Origin: Saprolegnia diclina VS20
Lineage: Eukaryota
Length of the DNA: 28,823 bases
Assembly (NCBI RefSeq): GCF_000281045.1
Contig: NW_008246070.1
Location: forward strand, 834,954-863,776
Direction of reading: 5' to 3'
The notes under the pieces were generated by a model. It did no database searches. It had not been told where the DNA came from and saw only the letters and a program-made list of their open reading frames with translations. The position numbers were made by a program, and so were the translations under genes. Below, one piece after another: positions 1 to 12,298 of the stretch; within the stretch, counting starts at the first letter, position 1; every line of letters begins with the position of its first letter.

Positions 1-482
1 GTACCGTGCCGTTCTTGTAGAGCACTTGGCCTTTTGCATGGCCAAGGAGGGCGAGCTTGCAAAAGCACTTGCAGATCTCGAGGGCGACAATCTGCACGCC
101 GCGTAAGCTAGCGAATGCAATGTCATCGAGTACGTACGACACGCCACCGAGCGTCCGAGCCGCCGGTCTTGAGCGCAATGATCTCGGCCGCCACTTGCAC
201 CTGGGCGAGAAGCGACAATGGCACACGCGCCGCCTGCACAAGCGTGCGCGGCGTCTCTTCCGGGTGCACTGCGCGGTACAAGAGGTAGTCGTGGTACAGC
301 TTGAGGAGGCCGCCCATCGAGTAGCCGACCTCCGAGACAATGTCCGGGTTGCCGACGCGCGCGGGCACGAGCATGGGCACGACGTAGAAGATGTTCTCGA
401 GGCGGCGCGCCAGCGACTCATTCTCGAGCACCCATGCGTTGTACTTGTCGAGCGCCGGGATCTTCTGGCTGCTCGTCGTCAT
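1..482 (-). CDS. PEX16: Peroxisomal biogenesis protein PEX16 (5' part; continues off the left edge)
   Basis: Exon 482-138 reads YNAWVLENESLARRLE...LVPARVG..IVSEVGYSMGGLLKLYHD. After a 46-nt GT-AG intron (137-92) it continues RWRV|IVALEICKCFCKL. Both segments match the Pex16 N-terminal pattern and the RWxxIxxxExxKxxxxL motif. A probable further donor (GTAC) lies at 4-1. Confidence 0.85.
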
Positions 483-931
483 CCTCGCGAATGCTCGGAT
501 TGCGAAACACAGATTTCAACGAATCAAGACGCGCGGCCAGCGCTACAAATCTCAAAGTATTTTAATGCCACGAGAGGTCACAATGATTGGCCAAAAATCA
601 ACGTCAAGTGCGTCGTGATTGGCTGTTCCCGATTATTTGGCCCAGCGATTTGATTCGCTCCGTCATTGCACCATTAAATAGTGTGTACGCCAACCCAATC
701 GCCACGTGCAACAGACTGCAACACGCAGCAAGCAGCAAGTGCTTACGATGAGTGCGATTACTAACTAAGTGACCTCACACTAGAGAATGACTTGGCTTGG
801 TTGTGGGCTCGTGGGCACCAATTTGTCTGTTGTCGAGCTCACAGTATTTAAGAATATAATATAAGCGTATGATTGGAGGATAGTGGCGAATCAAATCCCG
901 CTGATTTGGGCAGGAACCGCCAACACCATCG
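483..931. promoter_or_regulatory. Divergent promoter region with CCAAT boxes
   Basis: AT-richer spacer between head-to-head genes, with ATTGG at 586-590 and 618-622 and CCAAT at 695-699. CCAAT boxes are common oomycete promoter elements. Confidence 0.4.
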
Positions 932-2009
932 ATGGCCGACGCGCCGCTGCGCGACCTCCTCACGGTGGTGTTTACAACATCAGCGATCCCGTCGAACCCA
1001 GCGACGATTGTCCTCGAAGAAGTCCTCGACAGTTTTGCCTACGTACCCGGCCTCGCCACCTGCAACGTCGTTTTGACCTTTGACGGCTATGTCGCCAAGG
1101 ACGGGGACGACGTCAAAACCAAGTTCAAGTCGACGCGCATTAGCGCCGACGAGATCGAAAAGTACGTCGAGTACCAACACAATGCGCGCGCAGTCTTTCG
1201 TCGCCACCTGCAGCTCACGGACGCGGCCGTGGTCGAGAGCTACGACGAGGAGTTTCCCATCAAACGGCGAACGACAGCCCGCGCCACGATCCACAGAGAG
1301 ACGGACCCCGTGGCTGGCACGAGCCTGACGTCGATTATCATGTCCAAGCGCATGGGCTTTGCGCTAGCCGTGCGGGAAGCACTCAAGCAGTACGGCCTAG
1401 TAGTGAACTCCCTTCGGTTGCTCATTCGCTTCTAGTGTCACGACTCCATTTGTGCTCATCCATCAGCACGACTGGACGTTCCTTGTGCGTTCTCGGATGA
1501 GGCTTTTTGTTTGTATAACGGTGTACGCTGCGTAGCATGCCCTCGACCTGCAGCCCGTATGTACAGCAATGGCAAGTCTGCCCGAGACCCTCAAGTACGT
1601 TGGCTTCCACTCGCGCAAGACCCTCAAGAAGAAAAGCCGTCCTGGCTTGCCACCACCTACTGCGGTAAATCTTGGCGGCATCTGCGTTGCACCGCTCTAC
1701 TTTTGGTACGACAAGCCCCACGTGGCAAGCACGGAGCACTATCGCAGCTTTGTGTTTGGCCACGGGCGCTTCCAGCCCGGCGACTTTATCGAAGACACGC
1801 TCGGGCACGCCATGCTGGACGATCTCAAGGCGCGCGGCGTGGACGCCCATAGCGAGTACGGCACATGGAGCTACGTGCTCGACGACCAAGACGACGAGAC
1901 CGCGACACTTCGCCACGCCAGCGGCCGTCATTTTCGCGAAGTCGTGCACATGCGGTCCCGTCGCGTCAAGAAAGGTGCCTCTGAAAACGGGCCAACGCTG
2001 AGCGCCTAG
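932..2009 (+). CDS. Conserved hypothetical protein, probable GT-A (nucleotide-diphospho-sugar transferase-like) fold
   Basis: Exons 932-1389, 1436-1484 and 1536-2009 (introns 46 and 51 nt) join in frame. Motifs: LTVVFTTSAIPSNP, VVLTFDGY, MGFALAVREALKHVTTPFVLIHQHDWTF, resembling the GT2-like 'G...A....L..V.TP(Y/F)V...xxD' segment. The function is inferred only. Confidence 0.6.
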
Positions 2010-2288
2010 TAGAGCTCACGATATTCCAATTTTTCAACTGATGCTTATATAGCTGCGTGCAGAGGCTTGGGAACGAATGACAATTGTAGTGGAGGAAGTC
2101 ATCCTCCAGCGGATGTCATCTTGGACGTGTTGACCACACGGCTCCCACAGACGTACTCTCGCTAATAACTGCAAACAAGCACGCTGCGAGCTGCGGTTGC
2201 CAATGCGGGCGCGTGGCGGGAACCAGGTATCCGGTTTCTCCGGATAATGTGCCAGTTTGCTGGTGACCAAGTGGCGCGTCCGGTCCCG

Positions 2289-3138
2289 ATGGTCATCTGC
2301 GCGTGCGTGGACGGGAAGGTGTGGACAGCCGCCGAGGTGCAAGAGCTGCGCGAGACGCACCGCATCGTGTGCGGCTCTGGCGGCATCTGTCGCCACAACA
2401 GCAACAAGGCGTCCGAGCACCGCCTGCCGATGCAGTTGACGCCGGCGCAGCTGTACGTTGGCCGATTGCACGGCTTTCTCGAGCAAGACAAGCCGACGCC
2501 CGCGGTACTTGACGAACCGCCTACAGAAGCCGCGACCTCTTGGTGGACAAATGCGTGGGTCGCGCTCAAGGCCCTCTTTAACCCGGCGCCCATGACGTAC
2601 GAGCGATAGGATTCCTCCTTCGCCACCATGACATACATGATGCTAGAGACGCTCCAGGGTCGCCTCAAGCGAAGCGAAGGAAACTCTCCGATCCCGATGC
2701 AAAGGACTCTGGTAAATTCGGATGCAATTGCTCGCGCTGACTATTTTGTTGCAGCCGTGGCTGTGGACGTGCCGCTTCACCACCGCGTCTTTGAAGATCT
2801 ATGGTCCCAAGGCTTTTACATCACGTCCGGATCCAAGTTTGGTGGCGACTTTCTCATCTACAACGGTATGTATTGCATTGCAACATACGTTTTAGCTCAT
2901 GCAAAGACACCCAGCGGACCCCGTGACGACGCATGCGTCCGCCATCATCTTTGTACTCGTGAGTGCGACGCTCTCGCCACAAGATATCGTTGGCTACGGC
3001 CGCCTCGCTCGTGCTGTCAAGAAGAACTGCGTCCTTGCGTACCTCAACCAGCGTCGATGCCTGAGCTACACGACGCTGACGCACACGTCCACGACGTCCC
3101 GTGCCGATCGACCACGCGGTCCCCACGGTCGGACATAG
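2289..3138 (+). CDS. SEN34: tRNA-splicing endonuclease catalytic subunit Sen34
   Basis: Exons 2289-2596, 2647-2711, 2755-2865 and 2915-3138. N-terminus VW..EVQELRETHRI..LPMQLTP; C-terminus VFEDLWSQGFYITSGSKFGGDFLIYNADPVTTHAS...GRLARAVKK with the catalytic Tyr/His/Lys triad. An alternative start is possible at 2247. Confidence 0.85.
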
Positions 3139-3595
3139 ACTCTTCGGTGTACTGCACATACCAGCCATGAAGCAATCTTATTGTCAGGTCTACTGGCTCG
3201 TGAAAGCAAGCGTCGTTAGATAAAGGTGCTGGCAAGTACTAGTCAACCCAAGGTCTATGTACGGCATTATGGAGACGTGGTTGCCATGGCGCCGGGAAGC
3301 GCACGGTCAATTGTGTTGGAGGACGGCCAGAGCAGAAGAGCGGGATGTGCAAAATCTCATCGAGGCCTTCCACGTACTAGTTGTTGAACAGGCAGCAGGC
3401 TGTAGAAGTACCATCGCACAGCTGAATGCCAACACACTGCAGAACCGGGAGCTTTTCAAGCTGCTACACCAGTGCGACAACCAATACAGAGACTCGAGGT
3501 TCGTGCCACGAACCCCAAGGCCTTGGTGCGTGAGTATTCGTCTTTCTCGTCGGTAAAGCGCTCGGCAAACCCTCACCATCTTTGCGTCGGACAAG

Positions 3596-4035
3596 CCCGA
3601 CTTTATCCGGACAATATTATCCGGACGCAGTGGAGGGCAAGCTGCTCCCCGAGCGAGGTGGATCGACCTTTGATGTTTTTGACGGCGTCTCGTGTTTCGT
3701 TCGATATGCATAGCGCTTGACGCAGAAAGTCCTAAAACCAAAGAATGGTGCTCGTAGCACACCTACAGCGTGCGCTGTGCTGATTGTAAGAAAACGATAC
3801 ATTGATACATTGATACTCAGCGAAGTATCAGTTTACAACAACTTGAAGGCGCATAGCGCACGCTGTAGGTGTGCTACGAGTACCATTCTTTGGTTTTTGG
3901 ACTTCCTGCGTCATGTACTATGCATATCGAACGAAACACGAGACTCTGTCAAAAACATCAAATGTCGACGCACCTCGCTGAGTGAGCTGCTTGCGCTCCA
4001 TTGTGTACGGATAATACTGTCCGGATAAAATCGGG
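3596..4035. repeat. Long inverted repeat (185-nt arms, 70-nt spacer)
   Basis: 3596-3780 aligns without gaps to the reverse complement of 3851-4035, with 22 mismatches by hand count. An inner stem TGATACT/AGTATCA lies at 3811-3830. Confidence 0.95.
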
Positions 4036-4481
4036 GCGTCAAGCGCGTTCTGACTGCAACGGCTGTCCAAACAATCGGGCCTATCAAGCTACCACTTTGT
4101 ACGACGATTGTGGCCAAATGCTACATGTAATTACGCTCTAGCACTTTTTCCGGTTGCGAACAGTCAGTCTTACCAACGGCAATATTGCTCGCCTTGCTGC
4201 CGCCGCTCAGTCGCAGGACGCTGGGCGTAAGAAGTGCACCACGACAACCAGTTCAGTGTACTTTGCATCTGAATGAACTCTCTTTAACGGGCACAACGAC
4301 GCCCGTTCTGGCGCTACTAGTAGGCAAAAATCTCACATTTCCAAAGCTTCACTCCAAAAGCAAGAATACCAAGGCCATAAACTGTACGCATGGCCACTCA
4401 ATAAAACGTTGCCCACCATGTAAGTCAAAACTAGGATTCCTATTATGCAAGTGAAACACTATTTAAATACGAGCGACGAAG

Positions 4482-7188
<2,707 letters not shown>

Positions 7189-7729
7189 GCACTTGGCCCA
7201 AGATATGGAAATGGAAAGGGCAGAAAGAAACCTAAACCGGACTTAGTCGAGCGTCCGGTTGAAGACAAAGATCTTAGCGCATTCGTTCCAGCACTGACGA
7301 CGCAGCTGTCGTTGAAAGAGCACGCTACAAGTACGACTGTTTGTGTTGCCAACATCGCAGGCTTGGTATCGTATGGTCATGATCACTCACGGCTGGCTGC
7401 GTGTTGTGCCCGACGAGATCCAACGGCGAGCTCCAACGGCGAGATCGCAACCTCGTACTTAATCGGACGTTCTTTTGAAGGGCGTTTCACAGCACCCCTT
7501 TGTCAGAATGATAGTGCGCTTGACGCATACCGCACGGACTTCTACTGGACCGCGAACGCGCAGGCGCCGCCGCCAGTGACGTCACGGCGGTGCGTATATT
7601 TTTAAAACGTCGTCCACCCGAAAAGACGTGTTGAAATATTTATTTTCCGGTGCAAGCTCAACGTTGAAGGTGGCCTAATCTTAAGGGAACGCGAGACAAC
7701 CCCATCCGTGAAATGATAGCGTGGCAATG

Positions 7730-9705
7730 TCACGGCGCGTCCGCCGTTGGCGGCGTGTCCGTTGGTTGCGCGAGGTCCCGCTTGCACATCGGGCACGTCT
7801 ACAAAGAATATTGTCTCATAGCTCGTCCATCTCTAGAAACGTACAAAGTTTTTGTGAAGCCATTCGTCAATGCACTGCGGGTGGAAGAGATGTCCACAGC
7901 TCAGTTGTCGCAAGCGCTCACCAACAGCAAAGTCGACCTAAGCGAATCCGTCCAGCGCATCCAGAGATTATGCAGCGCACCAAGCAGATGGGGCACACAT
8001 CGTCGGCCGACCCGTGCACTGTCGGCTCAAACTATTCCATGGAACCAAAAATGACGCAATTGTCGAGTGATCAGCACGTACCGGCACGAGCTCGAACTGG
8101 GCGATTTCATCGGTCGAGAGTCCTCGCGGCCGGACAGGCGCGCCTGGCTCACCGCCGCGCTACATGAAAGTCCGTACACTCATGATGGCCACGTTCAAAC
8201 GTACTGAATGCCGGTGCAGTTTGCGGTACAACATGTACCCAAAGCCCAAGCAGACGGCGACAAAGCCCGACAGCATTGCGAGAAAGAGCGTCGAGAGGTC
8301 CCATAGCGCATAGTCGGCCGACGGCAAGACCGGGTGGAAGAGGCTCTTTGGCAGCACCGACGTGTTGCGCAGCCAGAGGTCGCCGAGGTACGTCCTGTCT
8401 TGACCGCCAAACAGCAGCACGTTGTCGCGCCAGACAGCCATGCGGTGCCCGTACCGCTCGCTCGGACTCGCCTAGGTTCCACAACATCGTTTGCACATCA
8501 GCGAGCGAGTTGAGCATACGGCGGTGGGCGCGTCGGCGTAAAAGGTGACGGCGCGCGTCGCGTGGTCGACGTCGCCGACGATCGTGTCGGCAAAGACCGC
8601 CATCGAGCTGTCCGAGACATAGTCGAGGCCACCAAAGAACCAAATGTTGCCGTGAACCGTCACGGCGCTCGTAAACATGCGCTCGAGCGAATGGCTCGAC
8701 GTCAACAGCGTCCAGACACGGGGTTCCGTCTAGCGCATTTGTTGATAATCGATGACTCCGTACAGTTGAGCCTCGGACCGAGTTGAGCGGTAGCATCCAT
8801 GCATCACTGAGGATGGTCCAGCCGTTGACGAGAATGTGCCGCCCGCTGAAAATCACAAGGTGCTCGACGCCGTCGACTAGATGCGTATGAGGCTCTCATC
8901 GCGAAAGAGCTCGACACAAACCTGTGATGGTCGAGGCCGCATGGGAGAAGCGAGCGGCGGGCTGCGGCGACGCGGCGCTTGTTGTGAGCTCGGTCCATGT
9001 GTGCGTTGTCAAGTCCATGGCCCACACGTCGTTGAAGTCGATCGGATACGAGTAGAGGGACGCGTTGTCGGGGACCGTAACGCCGCCAGAGACGACCATC
9101 GCGCTACCGTCGCCCGTCACGACCGCCGTGGCCTCGCTTCGCGTCTTGGGCAGCGCTGCTTGGCTGCTGTAGACAACGGGTGTCCATACCCGATGCTGGA
9201 GCGAGAAGACCCAGACGTCGTTCATCTGCACGTAGCCGTCCGCGCTCGTGCCTGGCGCGTAGAGCGTACCGCCAAAGACGACGAGCTCTTGCGCAGATGC
9301 GTGGGCCACCTACTGGACGCTTGCACGTGCAAACAATAACGTGCTTAGGAACGCACAGAGACGTGGTCGAAGCGCGCGCCCGGGTTCGTCTGGTGCGCTG
9401 GGACTTGTGTCCAGCTCTCCGCGACCAAGTCAAACTAGAATGCACGATTGTGAGCGAGGAAAGACCGAGATGCATACGAGCCAGGTGTCGTTGAAGATGC
9501 GCTGGGCGCTCGTGCCACCGTAAATGATCGCCGTGTCGCCAAGCACCTGTAGCGTACTCGAGTCGCGCGGCGGTGGGTACGTTGGGGAAAACGATGGGGC
9601 AGCGAGCAACGACCACACCTCGGAAGCTGCAACACGCCGTGAGAGACCTCGCACAAGGGCGCTGGAAGGTAGACCTGACGTCGTCATGTGGCGACCAAGT
9701 CGCAT
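7730..9705 (-). CDS. Kelch-repeat / transmembrane / RING-H2 protein, copy A (predicted membrane E3 ubiquitin ligase)
   Basis: Multi-exon gene with Kelch blades (IIYGG..FNDTW, VVFGG..MNDVW, VVSGG..FNDVW, VIFSG..LSDAW, WFFGG, LLFGG..LGDLW), a TM segment (LFLAMLSGFVAVCLGFGYMLY) and a spliced RING-H2 (CPICL|VDFAVGERLRQLSCGHLFHPQCIDEWLHKNF|TCPMCK). Stop TGA at 7732-7730. The start codon and signal peptide are uncertain. Confidence 0.85.
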
Positions 9706-9965
9706 CGAGTCAAGATGGCAACTGAGACTAATATTAGCTCGTCGGCCATCTCCGAATATGCCGGTGCGTCAACCGAAGTTTCCTTTGCCTTCGCGCTCAC
9801 TGTCGTTCTCAACGCAATGCAGAACGCATACACTGTGCTCGGCGGCGTCATTGTTGGCAGCAAGAGTAGTCGCAGGGTAGTTGAATTATACCTAGTCTCC
9901 CGCCAACATCAAAGAACGGTCACTCGCTGTGCACTCCATCCAGTCCAAGCAAAAAGCGTCGTTTG

Positions 9966-12130
9966 TTAGAGATCGGTGGCGATAAGGGCGTTGTCCTCCA
10001 GCGTGGGGGCGACGACGCTCGGCCGGCCTGAGGGCGTTGCACTTGTAGGTGAGCACGGCGCGAGGACATCCCGCTTGCACATCGGGCACGTCTACGACAT
10101 TGCTGTTTTTGCCAAGGTCGAGCCGATCGCGCACCTGGTTTTGCGCTAGCCACGACGCGATGCACTCGCCATGGAACTGGTGCGCGCAGTTGAGAAGCAC
10201 CAACGTCTCGCCGTCCTCAAAGTCCACCTGTTGAATTCTTGTCAAGCCACAAATGACGCAACGTCCTTTGCACCAAGCAGATGGGGCAGAGCTCTTCGGT
10301 TGCATTGGTCGCTGCCACCGCAAACTAGACATACAGTGTCTAGATCGAGCCGTTGCGATAGCGACTACCTTGATGCGCTGGAAAGCCGCCATTTGGGCCG
10401 TTGAGATGCCGTGACGCGGCGCGGGGGCCGAGGAAGGCGCTACGCGGCCGTTCTTTTGAGACATACAGTGTCAAGATCGAGCCGTTGCGATAGCGACTAC
10501 CTTGATGCGCTGGAAAGCCGCCATTTGGGCGGTCGTGATGCCGTGACGCGGCGCGGGGGCCGAGGAAGGCGCTACGCGGCCGGCCTATCTCATATCTTGT
10601 GCATATCGAGAAACGATTGGTCGTTCGAACGGGGTGGCGAAAGCACTTGAGGTAAATTAACTTGGCTAAAATGACGAGAGTGGTCATGGCGCTGACCAGA
10701 ATGACGCCGCCTTGGACGAAGAAAAGATAGTCGGTGGACGTATCGGTAGAGGCCGCCGAATACACGGGCGGTGACGAGGTGTTGCGCAGCCAGAGGTCGC
10801 CGAGGCAAAACTGGAAGCGTCCGCCGTACACGAGGAACTGGTCGCGCCACACGGCGGAGCGGTGGTCGTAGCGCGCGGACGGCTCGTTGACCATCTACAT
10901 GATGACGCTGTAGACATCAAAGGAAGAGCGGTCGTACCATTTGCGACGACGAGTCGCTGCCGAACGAAAGGACCTTGGGAAGGGTGTCGAGCATCCCGAC
11001 CAGCGTGTCGTCGTACGCGACCGCGTCTTGGCTGCGGTCCGAAAGAAGACTGAAGCCACCGTAGAGCCACACGGCGCCTTGGATGGTCACGGCGTCCGTG
11101 AAGATGCGGCCCATGGTCGGCCGCACGGTCGGCACCACGGTCCACGCGCGCTCAGCGTTCTACAAGGCAACGTAATTTTTGCGCCAAACTGGCCCAAACA
11201 AGGATTGCTACCGTCGTCAGCGGTAGTAGCCACACGTCGCTTAACAGCGTCCACGTCGCACCACTCAAATGACGACCCGAAAACACCACGAGCGTCACCA
11301 AGCCGCCGACTAGCGCAGCCATCACGCGACACAAAGGACACTCCTGCCGCTACCGGTGATCGTTGTCATGCTGTGCGAGAAGCGCGTCGAGGGCACCAGG
11401 AGATTGCGATCCACCGCGATTGACGACCATTGCAGCGTCTCAAAGTTGAGGGACCACACGTCATTCCAGTCGACGGCCGAGCCCCCTGAGATCGTGAGAC
11501 CTCCAAAAACAACCATCGCAGTCGGTAGCGAGACGCCGGCGGCTGCGCTCCGAGCGGCTGGCGCGCTGCCGGCAGTGGCGATGGGAGCCCATTCGCACGT
11601 TGGCACGTCCAAGCGCCAGAGGTCGTTGGCCGAGCGAAAGCCGGTACGACTGCTCGGGTCGGCGACCATCCCACCAAACACGTAAACGCTGCGGCCTTTG
11701 GTTGCCTACGGCCCGCGTGGACGCAGTAAAATATCATAGACGTAGTACGGCGACGGGGCTATAGCGCGCGCCGGGTCGAATTTGGGGCGTGCACTGCGAC
11801 CATTTGCTGTGCACCAAATCAAACTACGACACCAGACATGCATACATTGCATATGTATGCACCTGTTCATGGTACCTTCCACGTGTCGTCAAAGGCGAGG
11901 TAGTTGCCGTTGCCGGCGCCACCAAACACGATCGCTTCGTCGTCGACAACTTGGAACGCCATGACATCCCGCGCACGTGGCTCGGCCAACGTCGTCGGCG
12001 TCAGCTGCGTCCATTTCTCCGAGGCGGCGGCCCAAGCTACACACCGATGAGCCCCATCAAGAGAAGCCGAGTACGACGCACGCAGGCAGAGGGCGCTCAC
12101 GGCGGACGTCAGCCACTGTCGCCACAGCAT
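9966..12130 (-). CDS. Signal peptide / Kelch-repeat / transmembrane / RING-H2 protein, copy B (predicted membrane E3 ubiquitin ligase)
   Basis: Spliced N-terminus MLWRQWLTSAVSALCL|PWAAASEKW is signal-peptide-like. Six Kelch-like blades share intron positions with copy A. TM: LFFVQGGVILVSAMTTLVILAKLIYL. RING-H2: CPICL|VDFEDGETLVLLNCAHQFHGECIASWLAQNQ|TCPMCK. Stop TAA at 9968-9966. Confidence 0.88.
10328..10582. repeat. Tandem duplication with 132-nt period (exon plus intron unit)
   Basis: About 10328-10450 is nearly identical to 10460-10582 (few substitutions). Each unit contains an 84-nt phase-0 exon and its downstream GTAGTC donor. Confidence 0.95.
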
Positions 12131-12298
12131 GTTTCGATTTGCTGTATTTTTAGGCCACATCATCGCGCTTCCATGTATAGAAAGATCGGTCGAATGCCGT
12201 GCCAACTAGGGCTAGGGTCTAAACGCTCGTGCTACCACCGCGAGGACACGAAGACAAAGGCAGTAATATGAGACATGAAGACATGGACTTTTTGACAA

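Noticed and set aside
3257..3720. Short ORFs upstream of and within the left arm of the inverted repeat
   Set aside because: No recognisable family or consistent splice model. They could be a decayed gene, but that cannot be supported by eye.
7419..7443. CCAACGGCGAG repeated twice upstream of the kinase
   Set aside because: Too short to assign a function, though it could be a cis-element.
9688..9969. 93-aa plus-strand ORF with a hydrophobic stretch between the two E3 genes
   Set aside because: No motif, and it overlaps the expected promoter and UTR of the flanking minus-strand genes.
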